Assembly (NCBI GenBank): GCA_963708045.1
Contig: OY970181.1
Span: 67,740 to 131,739, forward strand
DNA length: 64,000 nucleotides
Direction: 5' to 3'
Source: an uncultured bacterium
Lineage (GTDB): Bacteria; Patescibacteriota; Patescibacteriia; CAIQCM01
Shown here: piece by piece, positions 10,374 to 20,070 of the stretch
How the letters are laid out: the number at the start of each line of letters is the position of its first letter
Position numbering within the stretch: the first letter of the stretch is position 1
Position numbers and translations under genes: made by a program
The notes under the pieces: generated by a model
Database searches by the model: none
What the model saw: only the letters and a program-made list of their open reading frames with translations
Told to the model about the DNA's origin: nothing

Positions 10374-11405
10374 CTAATCCGTGGCGCTTCGCTTAAACAT
10401 ATCGGCGATGTCTTGCGAGATTAGGCCTTCGCTTAGTAATTCGCGAACGCTTTGATTAAAATTAAACATCCCGGGCGAGGTCTGCATTACGTTTGGAATT
10501 TGCGCAACTTTATTTTCACGAATCATCGTGCCAATGGCTGGCGAATTTAATAACATTTCGCGAACCGCCACGCGGCCGCCGCCTTCTTTTGGCACCAAAT
10601 GCTGGGCAATAACCGCACGAAGCGAAAGCGCCATTTGCGAACGAATTTGGTTTTGATGATACGGCGGGAACATATCAATAATGCGGTCAATTGCCTGCGA
10701 CGCCGATGGCGTGTGCAAAGTTGAAAGCACTAAGTGGCCGGTTTCGGCCAAAGTTAAAGCCGCGGAAACAGTTTCTAGGTCGCGCATTTCGCCGACCATA
10801 ATCACGTTAGGGTCTTGGCGAAGAACGTGCTTAAGTCCTTCGGGAAAACTGGTCATATCTCCACCAAGCTCGCGCTGACGAATAAGCGCTTTGACTGGCG
10901 AGAACAAAAATTCAATTGGATCTTCAAGCGTCACGATGTTCACCGGCTGTTCTTCGTTAATTTTTTGAATCATCGCGGCGAGGGTGGTTGATTTACCGCT
11001 TCCAGTCGGGCCCGTGACGAGGATTAGCCCGTTCATCGCCGTCGTTAGCCGACCGACCACTTCCGGAAGATCAAGTTCTTTAAACGTCGGAACGGTGGTT
11101 GGAATAACGCGCGCCACGAGCGATAAATTACCGCGCTCAACGCAAATATTCACGCGGTAGCGGGCGCCGTTAACATCGTAAGAAAAATCAATGTCTTTAT
11201 GAGCTTCAAAACGCTGGCGCTGTTCGGGCGTAAGAATTTTATCTAGGATCGCCGAAAGGTCTTTGGCCGTAAGCACCGTGTCGTTAAGCGGGATCAGCAT
11301 TCCGTCAACGCGTAATGTTGGCGGACGATCAATTACCAAATGCACGTCCGAGGCTTTGCGTTCAAAAGCCTTTTTTAAAATGTCAGAAAAACTTATCGTG
11401 GCCAT
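10374..11405 (-). CDS. pilT: Type IV pilus retraction ATPase PilT
   Basis: ASDVHL, GPTGSGKSTTLAAMI, LRQDPNVIMVGEMRD, AETGHLVLSTLHT. Confidence 0.93.
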   Translation of the reverse strand: MATISFSDILKKAFERKASDVHLVIDRPPTLRVDGMLIPLNDTVLTAKDLSAILDKILTPEQRQRFEAHKDIDFSYDVNGARYRVNICVERGNLSLVARVIPTTVPTFKELDLPEVVGRLTTAMNGLILVTGPTGSGKSTTLAAMIQKINEEQPVNIVTLEDPIEFLFSPVKALIRQRELGGDMTSFPEGLKHVLRQDPNVIMVGEMRDLETVSAALTLAETGHLVLSTLHTPSASQAIDRIIDMFPPYHQNQIRSQMALSLRAVIAQHLVPKEGGGRVAVREMLLNSPAIGTMIRENKVAQIPNVMQTSPGMFNFNQSVRELLSEGLISQDIADMFKRSATD

Positions 11406-11419
11406 ATTTTTATTTTTTA

Positions 11420-12115
11420 TTACCAGCCTTTTTTGATAATTCCATTTTCCGCGGCTTTGACCTGAGCTTCTTGTTTAGAACTACCTTCGCCGTCGGCAAC
11501 AAATTCTTCGCCCAAATACACGCCAACTTTAAACCATTTATTATGATCCGGACCTTTTTCTTCAAGAACTTTATAGGACGGCGTAACGCCAGCCGTGTCT
11601 TGCGCCGCTTCCTGAAAGCGACTCTTGGGATCCAAATACAAACGATGTTCCAAAATATACGGCAACTTGACGAGGACGCGCTCGGTGCAGAATTTTTTTA
11701 CGGCATCATATCCCTTGTCTAAGTATATCGCACCAACGATCGCTTCAAAAGCGTTGGCTAAAATATATTGTCGCGCTTTGGTTCCCGCATCTTTTGATTC
11801 ACCACGCGAAAGATAAAGATAATCTTCAACGCCCAAGTCTTTGCAGATTCCCGAAAGCATTACCGCATTTACAAGCGCGGCGCGCCAATTTGTTAGATCG
11901 CCTTCGGGGTTAGGATAATTATTGTGAAGGTGTTCGGTTACAACAAGTTCAACGACCGCGTCGCCTAAAAATTCCAATCGTTCATTGTGACCAAGCCTAA
12001 AATCGGGATGCTCGTTAAGGTAGGAGCGATGAACTAGCGCTTGGGTTAAAAAATCAGGATTAGTAAACTTGACACCGAGTGTTTCTTCTAACCCGGAGAC
12101 ATCTTTGTCGGCCAT
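11420..12115 (-). CDS. rnc: Ribonuclease III
   Basis: HNERLEFLGDAV signature plus dsRBD. Confidence 0.97.
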   Translation of the reverse strand: MADKDVSGLEETLGVKFTNPDFLTQALVHRSYLNEHPDFRLGHNERLEFLGDAVVELVVTEHLHNNYPNPEGDLTNWRAALVNAVMLSGICKDLGVEDYLYLSRGESKDAGTKARQYILANAFEAIVGAIYLDKGYDAVKKFCTERVLVKLPYILEHRLYLDPKSRFQEAAQDTAGVTPSYKVLEEKGPDHNKWFKVGVYLGEEFVADGEGSSKQEAQVKAAENGIIKKGW

Positions 12116-12219
12116 ATCGGTAAAATATCTAATGTCTAATATCTAACGTCTAATGAACGCGCCGAGGCCGTCCTTAGATTAGAAATTAAACATTAGATAT
12201 TGAAATTAATAATAAATAT

Positions 12220-12699
12220 TTATTCTTGCGTTTCTGGTTCGTCTGGAAGTTTCTTTGAAATGATCTTGTCCGCTTCTTTAGTTTGCCCGTTTAAGGCCAT
12301 ATCTTTGAAAACTGCGCCAAGGACGCCGTTTACAAACCTTCCCGATGATTCGCCGCCAAAAGTTTTCGCGAGTTCAATCGCTTCGTTAATCGCGACTTTT
12401 GACGGTATATTCTCCACGTACTTAAGTTCATAAATGCCGAGGCGCAAAATATTCCGATCAACTGTCGTAATTTGTTCAATCGGCCACTCCGGCGCGTACT
12501 TAATAATTGTGGCGTCAATTTCTTCCTGATGGTCGCGAACGCCAGAAACTAGACTTTGGATAAAAGCCTTGTCCTCGTAAGCCGGAGCAAACTCGGAAAT
12601 TGAATGATCAATAATTTCGGCGACCTCGCCGCCATTTCTAAAGTCCATCTGATAGAGGGACTGCATGGCAATAGTTCGGCCTAAATGTCGGTTGGACAT
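12220..12699 (-). CDS. nusB: Transcription antitermination factor NusB
   Basis: [32 protein letters not shown]. Confidence 0.96.
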   Translation of the reverse strand: MSNRHLGRTIAMQSLYQMDFRNGGEVAEIIDHSISEFAPAYEDKAFIQSLVSGVRDHQEEIDATIIKYAPEWPIEQITTVDRNILRLGIYELKYVENIPSKVAINEAIELAKTFGGESSGRFVNGVLGAVFKDMALNGQTKEADKIISKKLPDEPETQE

Positions 12700-12796
12700 A
12701 GATAAAGAGCAGGGTATTAGGTTTCGGGTTTCAGGTGTTAGGTTCTGTAATGACCTCTAACCTAAAACCTTGAACCTTGAACCTTAAACCTTAAAC

Positions 12797-12994
12797 CTAT
12801 TTAGATGTTTTCTTGACCGCCTTAACTTTGGCCGCGGCGCGACCTTGATAAGTGCCACAAAAAGCGCAAGCATAATGCGAGCGAACGGGCTTTTTGCATT
12901 TGGCGCAAATCGTTAATTGCGTCGGCTTAAGCGCAAAATGCGAAGCGCGACGACGTTTGTGCGATGATGTGCGGCGATGGCCGGGTAATCCCAT
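12797..12994 (-). CDS. rpmF: 50S ribosomal protein L32
   Basis: Basic N-terminus RRRASH and CxxC...H..CxxCGTY zinc ribbon. Confidence 0.93.
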   Translation of the reverse strand: MGLPGHRRTSSHKRRRASHFALKPTQLTICAKCKKPVRSHYACAFCGTYQGRAAAKVKAVKKTSK

Positions 12995-13170
12995 AGAAAT
13001 TTATAATTTAGTATTTAATTATAGCGCATTTCTGCGATTTTGGCAAGTTTGCTCTCCCCTTTTACTATATCTTTGGTAATAAGGCAAGGGTTTAACGGGG
13101 TTTTTTGCTTTAAAAGCCTTATTCGCCCAAGGCACGAGAAACGACCAGCCAGAAGACGAAACCGATAATG

Positions 13171-13198
13171 TTGACAGCTTTTAGTAATATGTTACAAT
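13171..13198 (+). promoter_or_regulatory. Sigma70 promoter of trpR
   Basis: TTGACA-16 nt-TACAAT with extended -10 TG. Confidence 0.75.
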
Positions 13199-13200
13199 CT

Positions 13201-13226
13201 CTATGTACTGATGTACCAGTACATAG
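13201..13226. promoter_or_regulatory. TrpR-type operator
   Basis: CTATGTACT-N8-AGTACATAG perfect 9-bp inverted repeat. The GTACT-N8-AGTAC core matches the TrpR operator consensus and covers the predicted +1. Confidence 0.85.
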
Positions 13227-13227
13227 T

Positions 13228-13503
13228 ATGAATGAAAAATATCGTAAGGAGTTGGTTGATCTGCTTGCGAACATAAAAGATTCCAAACTGATGAATCTCT
13301 TCCTAGAAGACCTTCTGACACCGGCTGAGTTAAAAGAAATTGTTTCGCGCTGGCAAATAATCAAACAATTATCAAAAAACGTGCCACAACGAAAAATTTC
13401 GTCTGGGTTAGGCGTGAGCATTGCTAAAATTACCAGAGGGTCGCGCGAACTAATGAATAAAAACGGCGGCTTTTGGAAAATATTAAAAAATACCAATGTC
13501 TAA
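13228..13503 (+). CDS. trpR: Trp repressor family protein (TrpR/YerC)
   Basis: DLLTPAE...RWQI...VPQRKIS..LGVSIAKITRGSREL HTH typical of TrpR. Start reassigned to ATG 13228, downstream of the promoter and operator. Confidence 0.9.
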   Translation: MNEKYRKELVDLLANIKDSKLMNLFLEDLLTPAELKEIVSRWQIIKQLSKNVPQRKISSGLGVSIAKITRGSRELMNKNGGFWKILKNTNV

Positions 13504-13570
13504 TAATTTTTTAAACAAACAATTAGGTTGGTGGCGGACTTGCAACAACGTGGGCAAGATCCGTTTTTAA
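13496..13570 (+). CDS. trpL: Trp leader peptide MSNNFLNKQLGWWRTCNNVGKIRF (24 aa)
   Basis: Tandem TGG TGG in GWWRT, the same motif as the E. coli TrpL end KGWWRTS. ATG overlaps the trpR stop (ATGTCTAA). Not in the ORF track. Confidence 0.85.
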   Translation: MSNNFLNKQLGWWRTCNNVGKIRF

Positions 13571-13620
13571 TGCTAAACAAGCTTTTTAAAACGCCCGGAT
13601 CTGCCCCGGGCGTTTTTATT
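13534..13620 (+). promoter_or_regulatory. Ribosome-mediated transcription attenuator
   Basis: 1:2 CGGACTTGC/GCAAGATCCG. 2:3 GGGCAAGATCCG (13552-63)/CGGATCTGCCC (13596-606). 3:4 terminator AAAACGCCCGG/CCGGGCGTTTTT (13588-13617). Confidence 0.85.
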
Positions 13621-13694
13621 TGGAACAGGGTTGTGAATGGTTCATTCCCCTGCTCAGACAAAAACGTTCCTTAAAAAATCCGAAGGAGGCAGTT

Positions 13695-14789
13695 ATGCCA
13701 TTTCGCACCGACGCATCAGAAAGCCGATTGGTTGGAATCGGAATTGACTTAACCGAAATCTGCAACCGCCGCTGTCCGACTTGTTTTGCGGCACATACCC
13801 CGCAGAATATGTCGCTCGCGATTTACCAAAAAATCGTTGACGAAGCCGCTCAGAACAAATTCACCGAGCTATATATTCTCGGCGGTGAGCCAACCTTGCA
13901 TCCCGATATTTTGGAATGTCTGCAATATTCCAAAAATAAATTCAACCTTGTCATCTTGGTAACGAACATGGATCGCTTGGCCGACCGCGACTTTTGCGCG
14001 GCCGTGGAAAACCAAGGGGTGGTCATCGCCGGACAACGGCATACGCTTGGCAAAAATACCCACAGCCTAAGACTTGAACAATTGCTTGCTGGCGGCGACC
14101 ATCTGCACACTTCTAACCAGGCTTGGGAAAACGTGGCCGCAATTTTTCCGCCTGATCGCGTTTGTGTCCAGTGCTGTATTACCGCGCCGGTCATTGAAAA
14201 CGGCGACATCTTTGATGTCTTTCGCTTCGCACGGCAAATGGGTTATGAGCCGGTAATGGAATTTACCAAAGAAGGCGGTTCGTTCAAGCGCGGCGGAGCG
14301 TTGGATATTCAACCATCAACAATGATGAAGGTGCTTAGGGAGTTCCAACGCATTGATCGCGAAGAATTTAATCTGCCTGGCGCAAGTCTGCTTTCGCCAC
14401 AAGCATACGGAAAAACTTGCCATATGCAAGAAACGTCAATTCACTTTCGCGTGATGGGCGAAGCTGTTCCTTGTGTCGGACATCCAGCCTTAAGCTACGG
14501 AAACATTAGAACGAGCGATCTTAGTAAAATACTAAATCATCCGCTTCGGTCGCAGATTGCGTCGCCCGCAACGTGGGTCTATGGCTACTGCCGCGATACT
14601 TGCGAACACTTTGGGCTTTGCACGGGCGGCTGCCGCGGATCAAGTTACGACATGTCAGGGTGTTACCGGGCAAGCTTCTACTATTGCCCGCATATTCCGC
14701 GCGATCGTCTGAATCTCGCCGATATGATTCCGCCAAGTTGCGACGGTTGCCCGCTTAAAGGCAACTCAACCTGTCATCCTAAACGGTGA
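13695..14789 (+). CDS. Radical SAM/SPASM domain protein
   Basis: CNRRCPTC (CxxxCxxC), GGEP, SPASM cysteines (PC..GNI..CRDTC..CTGGCRG..YC), extra C-terminal CDGC..C. AAGGAGG SD before ATG 13695. Confidence 0.9.
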   Translation: MPFRTDASESRLVGIGIDLTEICNRRCPTCFAAHTPQNMSLAIYQKIVDEAAQNKFTELYILGGEPTLHPDILECLQYSKNKFNLVILVTNMDRLADRDFCAAVENQGVVIAGQRHTLGKNTHSLRLEQLLAGGDHLHTSNQAWENVAAIFPPDRVCVQCCITAPVIENGDIFDVFRFARQMGYEPVMEFTKEGGSFKRGGALDIQPSTMMKVLREFQRIDREEFNLPGASLLSPQAYGKTCHMQETSIHFRVMGEAVPCVGHPALSYGNIRTSDLSKILNHPLRSQIASPATWVYGYCRDTCEHFGLCTGGCRGSSYDMSGCYRASFYYCPHIPRDRLNLADMIPPSCDGCPLKGNSTCHPKR

Positions 14790-14798
14790 CGCCGCCGC

Positions 14799-14840
14799 GC
14801 GGGAGCTGTAGTATGTAAATACTAGAGCTCCCGCATTTTC
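14799..14840 (+). terminator. Hairpin between the rSAM and DUF169-like genes
   Basis: GCGGGAGCT...AGCTCCCGC followed by ATTTTC; weak U tract. Confidence 0.5.
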
Positions 14841-14857
14841 CTTTAATTAAAAAACGT

Positions 14858-15589
14858 ATGGGAAAAAATTCAATTTATAAAAACCAGGTAAAAATATTGG
14901 ATAATGTTTTTGATATTCAAAAAATTATTTCCGTCCGTTTTTCCAATACCAAAACCGACGCCTATAAAAAATATAACGACACTGCCTGCACTATTTTGGC
15001 GCGATGTTTTAAAAACAAAATTTTAACCTATATAGATCGCCGCGTTGGCCAGTCTTGTCCGGGTGGTAATTATTTTTTAGGCATCATCCCTGCAAAAAAA
15101 AATGCGCTGCGCGGAACATACGTTATGGACGAAAAAGTTTTTAAAACTAATGCCGGTTGCGACGCGTTTATAAACAAACTACCAAAATTTCCAAGAGCGG
15201 CGCAAAAAAATTTCGTGTTGTTTTCTCCACTCTTTAAAGAAACAAAAAAACCAGACATCATAATTTTACTCGTAAACGCCGCGCAAGTCGGGCGGCTTTT
15301 GGGCTTGGGCGCGTATCGTCAATTTTCTTATCCGCAAATTCTTCCGGCAATTTCAACTTGCGCCAGTATTTACGCGCCGCTTGACACGAACAGCATTCAC
15401 CTTAACTTTATTGATTATTTTGACAGATATTATCAAGGAAAACAGGCTGGTGGATTATTATGGAGCGATACGGACATAATCGTTTCTATGCCATATCGTC
15501 TTTTTTGCAAATTAATCCACGACGCCCCGCTTTCGGCCCACGGCAGTTATAAGCCAAATATCAAACCGCAAAAAATTGATCCGATATAA
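14858..15589 (+). CDS. DUF169-like protein
   Basis: SCPGG..FLG, FSPL...KPDIII..NAAQV.RL and late Cys pattern recalled for DUF169. Confidence 0.7.
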   Translation: MGKNSIYKNQVKILDNVFDIQKIISVRFSNTKTDAYKKYNDTACTILARCFKNKILTYIDRRVGQSCPGGNYFLGIIPAKKNALRGTYVMDEKVFKTNAGCDAFINKLPKFPRAAQKNFVLFSPLFKETKKPDIIILLVNAAQVGRLLGLGAYRQFSYPQILPAISTCASIYAPLDTNSIHLNFIDYFDRYYQGKQAGGLLWSDTDIIVSMPYRLFCKLIHDAPLSAHGSYKPNIKPQKIDPI

Positions 15590-15618
15590 AAATACTCCGC
15601 CAATTGGCGGAGTATTTT
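15589..15618. terminator. Bidirectional terminator
   Basis: AAAATACTCCGCCAATTGGCGGAGTATTTT perfect palindrome between convergent genes. Confidence 0.85.
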
Positions 15619-15629
15619 ATTGATAAATT

Positions 15630-18094
15630 TTAGACAATGGTGACCGTGGACAGCGCGTCGTTTTCTTCCTTAAAGCGCATAATGCGAACGCCTTGGGTGG
15701 CGCGGCCGATCGTCCGAATCTCGCCCAAAGCCAAACGAATAACTTGGCCATGATTGGAGATCGCAACGATATCGCGTTCATCTTTGGCCGAAACAACAAA
15801 GCCGGTTACGATCTCGCCCGTCTTGGCCGTGACTTCGGCCGTCTTAATGCCGGAGCCGCCGCGCCCTTGCAAACGATATTCTTTCAAGTTAGTGCGTTTG
15901 CCAAAACCGTGCGCCATGACGACCAAAAGTTCCAGCAAATTCTTTTTTACTTCTTCGGAAGAAACAACGTCCATGCCGACAATGTAGTCACCGCGCTTTA
16001 ACTTCATTCCGCGGACGCCCGAAGCGGTACGTCCCATAGAACGAACATCTTTTTCTTCAAAGCGGATGGACATTCCTTTGCCGGTAATGATGACGATTTC
16101 GTCTTTGCCGGTTGAAGGACGAACATATTCAAGTGAATCCTGTTCGTGGAGTTTAAGCGCGATCAAGCCAGAGCGGCGAACTTGGGCAAATTCAGCGATC
16201 TCGGTTTTCTTAATCACACCCTCTTTTGTAATCATCACAAGATACTTAGCGTCGGGCATATCCGAAATCGGCAAAACAGCCGTAACTTTTTCGCTTGGCG
16301 CAAGCTGGAGGAAATTAACCAGTGCCTGTCCCTTGGCCGTTCGCGAGGCCGGCGGAATATCATATGCCTTAAGTTGGAAGACGCGGCCGCGCGACGTAAA
16401 GAAGAGAACATCGGCGTGCGTGCTCGTTGTAAACAACTGTTCAACCATATCTTCTTCTTTGGTCGCAACGCCGATCACGCCCTTGCCGCCGCGCGATTGG
16501 GCGTGGAACGTGTCCGGCGGCACGCGTTTTACATAGCCATCACCGGTAATAATGACAATCGTGGACTCATCAGGAATAACGTCTTCCATTGAAAATTCTT
16601 TAACCCCATGCGCGACGACTTGCGTCCGGCGCTCGTCGCCAAATTTGTCGCGAAGCCCAATGACCTCGTCGCGGACGATTTGCAAAATGCGTTTGGGCGA
16701 CGCCAAAATCGCCATCAGTTCTTTGATAATCTTTTTCTTTTCTTCAAGTTCGGTTTCAACCTTAATTCGTTCCAGGTTGGCAAGCTGCTGCAAGCGCATT
16801 TCCAAAATCGCAACCGTCTGCGCGTCCGAAAGCTTAAACTGCTTGATCAAATTAATCTTGGCTTCGTCTTTGTCCGTAGATTTTTTGATCGTCGCAATGA
16901 CCTTGTCAATATGAAGAATGGCAATGGATAATCCTTCCAAAATATGAGCCCGTTCTTTGGCGCGCATAAGGTCAAATTCGGTGCGCTTTCGGACAACGAC
17001 TTCGCGATGCTTAATATATTCTTCTAACAAAGTTTTTAAATTAAGCACGCGCGGCTGGATACCATCCACGAGCGACAGCATATTCACATGGAAAGTTTCC
17101 TGCAGCTGCGTCTGTTGGAACAAACGATTTAAAACTTTCTTTGGGTACGCGTCTTTTTTAAGTTCAATTACAACGCGCACGCCGTCCTTGTTGGACTCGT
17201 CGCGAATATCGCGGATGCCGTCAATTTTTTTGTCGCGAACCAGATCGGCGATTTTTTCCAAAAGCGTCGCTTTGTTTACCTGATAAGGAATTTCATTGAC
17301 GATGATCTTAAAAGCGCCGGCGCTATCTTCAACGATTTCCGTTTTGGCGCGCAAGTAATCGGCCCGCGACCAGTAACATAAGCCGAGAGAATTTCTTTCT
17401 TGTTATAAATAATGCCGCCGGTCGGAAAATCAGGTCCTTGAACAATATTGGTTAAATCTTCAACCGTTGAATCTGGCTCGTCAATAACTTTGACAATCGC
17501 GTTAGTAATTTCTGTCAGGTTGTGCGGCGGAATGTTCGTGGCCATGCCGACGGCAATGCCGACCGTGCCGTTAAGAAGCAAGTTGGGCAATTTTCCCGGA
17601 AACACCGACGGCTCTTTGTGCGAACCATCATAGTTCGGAATAAACGGAACCGTTTCTTTATCAAGATCAAAAAGAAGTTCTTCGGCGATCGGCGAAAGTT
17701 TGGCTTCGGTATAACGCATGGCCGCGGCGCCATCGCCGTCCATTGAGCCAAAGTTTCCTTGGCCATTCACGAGCGGATAGCGCATAGAGAAATCCTGCGC
17801 CATGCGCACCATTGATTCGTAAACCGCGGAGTCGCCGTGCGGATGGTATTTACCAAGCACTTCGCCGACCACAGTCGCCGATTTTTTGAATTTAGCGTTA
17901 GCGCGAAGGCCGATCGCCCACATCGCATAAAGAATGCGGCGATGCACTGGTTTCATGCCGTCTCTGGAGTCGGGAAGGGCGCGAGCAACAATGACTGACA
18001 TTGCGTAGTCTAGATACGACTCCTGCATTTCCGTCGTAATCTGCCGTTCGTTTATCTTACCGATAAGAAATTCTTTTGGTTGTTTATCACTCAT
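15630..18094 (-). CDS. gyrA: DNA gyrase subunit A, split by a 1-bp deletion near 17354
   Basis: ORF 17276..18094 has YHPHGDS and AAMRYTE; ORF 15630..17354 has the GyrA box QSRGGKG and pinwheel repeats. Adding one T (ATT ACT TTG CGC) joins the frames. Confidence 0.93.
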
Positions 18095-18438
18095 GGTTTT
18101 GCTGGTTCATTTAGAGGCTGCTTCGCGCCCGAGGCGTTAAGCAACGCGGCTTTAATTTTTTGTTTAGTTTCAATTTTTGACTTTAAGTTATTAATGGTCG
18201 CCTCTTTGCCATAGCCCGCGACAATCGCGGCATTCATTTCTTTAACACCATCGTCAAAAATCGTTTGTGCATCTTTAATACTGTTTAAGATTTTTTTTCC
18301 GTCCGATGATATTTCGGTCAAGATGCCGTCCGTTTTCGCGCCGGTGTGTCCAAGGACGCGGGGCAAGGTATAAACCCAACCCACGAGAATCGCCGCGAAG
18401 ACGATAACGCCAATTATAATTGGGGCACTGGTTTTCAT
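18091..18438 (-). CDS. Hypothetical membrane-anchored protein
   Basis: 115 aa, N-terminal TM, ATGA overlap with the gyrA start. Confidence 0.75.
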   Translation of the reverse strand: MKTSAPIIIGVIVFAAILVGWVYTLPRVLGHTGAKTDGILTEISSDGKKILNSIKDAQTIFDDGVKEMNAAIVAGYGKEATINNLKSKIETKQKIKAALLNASGAKQPLNEPAKP

Positions 18439-18459
18439 ACCAAGTGAAACGATTTAGAT

Positions 18460-19140
18460 TTACGTTTTTTCCAAAACGATTATTTTAGTTTCGGTAGTTG
18501 GCAAATCTTTTTTAGTAATCTTTAGTCTGCTCACGCGTTCAGCTTTAGTGGCGGCAATTTCTTTTAGAAATTTTTCAACATCGTCGCCGCCTTTGGGCAT
18601 TCCGGGAAGGGCGTAATGCATTGGGATAACAATTTTCGGTTCAAGTTCGGAAATAATCGCCACCGCTTCTTTGGCGTTGATCGTTGAATTTCCACCGACC
18701 GGAATAAGCAAAATATCAATGTCTTCAAGCGCTTCGCGCTCGGCGTCCACAATCGGCGTACCAAGATCGCCCAAATGCGCAAAAGAAAGATCGCCGATTT
18801 CAAAACGATAAATTGTGGTGAGTCCGCGTTTTTTCCCGTCGGCGGCATCATGCGGTGCAGGAATACCATAGACAAAAAGTCCACCAATTTCGTATTCGCC
18901 CGGCGAAGTTATTTTAAAAACGTCGCTCTTCCCTTCCATCACTTTAACGGCATCAATATTATTGTGCCAGCTATGATCGTGAGAAACCGTAACAACATCG
19001 GCCGATAGATTGCGCGGTAATTTAAGTCCAGTCTCTGCCTGAAAAGGATCAGTAACGAGTGTTGTTGAGGCATCGCCGTTCTTCGCTTCTATGGAAAAAC
19101 AGGAAACGCCGTGCCATTCAAAAACTAAGGTTGAAGCCAT
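18460..19140 (-). CDS. Metallo-beta-lactamase fold hydrolase
   Basis: SHDHSWHN, HLGDLG, IPVGG, IPMHY motifs. Confidence 0.9.
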   Translation of the reverse strand: MASTLVFEWHGVSCFSIEAKNGDASTTLVTDPFQAETGLKLPRNLSADVVTVSHDHSWHNNIDAVKVMEGKSDVFKITSPGEYEIGGLFVYGIPAPHDAADGKKRGLTTIYRFEIGDLSFAHLGDLGTPIVDAEREALEDIDILLIPVGGNSTINAKEAVAIISELEPKIVIPMHYALPGMPKGGDDVEKFLKEIAATKAERVSRLKITKKDLPTTETKIIVLEKT

Positions 19141-19249
19141 ATCTAGTAAGAGTGATTCTTTAATTTATTAAAATAATTATCCGCCGTAAAACGTCCTTTT
19201 TTGAGCTTATAATTTATCACAGCGAACCTTGTCTGGCAATGGATAAATT

Positions 19250-19372
19250 ACCTTGCGAGTTTTATTATTTTCCGCCTCAAAAATTTAATATGATTACCGC
19301 TTGCGATTTTTTGTCACTGGTTAATCTATGCCAAACGACCGTTTCGGCGGGAAATAATAAAACTCGCAAGGT
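19250..19372. repeat. Long hairpin element A (27-bp stem, 69-nt loop)
   Basis: ACCTTGCGAGTTTTATTATTTTCCGCC / GGCGGGAAATAATAAAACTCGCAAGGT. Confidence 0.85.
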
Positions 19373-19388
19373 CGGGCTATAGATAAAG

Positions 19389-19522
19389 ATCGGCGACTTC
19401 CTCTTTTGTTATTTTTCACCTCAAAAGTCAGAAGAAACCGCCGTTGTGCAAATTGTCTAAATTGATTATTTTGTCATCAGCAATTGTTTCGGTGAAAAAT
19501 AACAAAAGAGGAAGTCGCCGAT
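19389..19522. repeat. Long hairpin element B (32-bp stem, 70-nt loop)
   Basis: ATCGGCGACTTCCTCTTTTGTTATTTTTCACC / GGTGAAAAATAACAAAAGAGGAAGTCGCCGAT perfect inverted repeat. Confidence 0.85.
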
Positions 19523-19598
19523 AGAGACGAAAATGAGACGCGGCTGGAAAAACGAGTTTTCCAGCCGCTATGCGATGGGTGTCATTCGCGCCTCCGTC

Positions 19599-20015
19599 CT
19601 ATTTTGACAAAATCTGAAGATCACTGACTCTTGCGTAGATAATCCGCCTTTCTGCCAAAGACGCTTCGCCAACCAAACGAACGCGGATTTCGTGATAATG
19701 CCCGTTCGGATCGGACTTTATCAAAAGATTCATCGTCCGCTCTGGAAGTGAGCACCTCCCTGCCTGATCCCAGCGGTTTTTAAAAAGTGGCCCCGCGATG
19801 GCAAAAAGATTGCTGTCTTCCGGAAGTTTTGGAAAATGCTTGGCAAAAACCTCGGGGCTTAACCTGAAACAGTCGGTCTGGTTAAAATTAGGCACCGTCG
19901 GTAATTTTTTATCCTCACATTCCCTTGCCCCAGCCGGAAAGGGGTAGACTTGACCACAAAAACGACAGGTTCGCGAAGTAATATCGTTGCGAATTATTGG
20001 TGCCGCTCTTACCAT
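19599..20015 (-). CDS. Hypothetical protein with N-terminal CxxC
   Basis: 138-aa ORF, AAGGAG SD, CRFCG motif. Confidence 0.6.
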   Translation of the reverse strand: MVRAAPIIRNDITSRTCRFCGQVYPFPAGARECEDKKLPTVPNFNQTDCFRLSPEVFAKHFPKLPEDSNLFAIAGPLFKNRWDQAGRCSLPERTMNLLIKSDPNGHYHEIRVRLVGEASLAERRIIYARVSDLQILSK

Positions 20016-20070
20016 GGCTAACTCCTTTGTAAAAACGTTTTGGTGATTACAATTTAAAGAACAACTGCGA

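Noticed and set aside
13119-13496. Antisense 125-aa ORF, and the extended N-termini of trpR (13168) and the rSAM (13620)
   Set aside because: The antisense ORF is a shadow of trpR. The trpR extension overlaps the promoter and operator, the rSAM extension starts at the attenuator U tract, and the SD supports 13695.
17340-17365. Split gyrA as programmed frameshift or pseudogene
   Set aside because: One missing T in a TTT run of an essential gene, with no slippery heptamer or stimulatory structure seen. Most likely a sequencing or assembly indel; check the reads.
19465-19495. Hammerhead ribozyme (CGAAAC and CTGATGA on the minus strand of element B)
   Set aside because: The two motifs are only 5 nt apart, leaving no room for stems III and I, and CTGATGA is not conserved in elements A or C.
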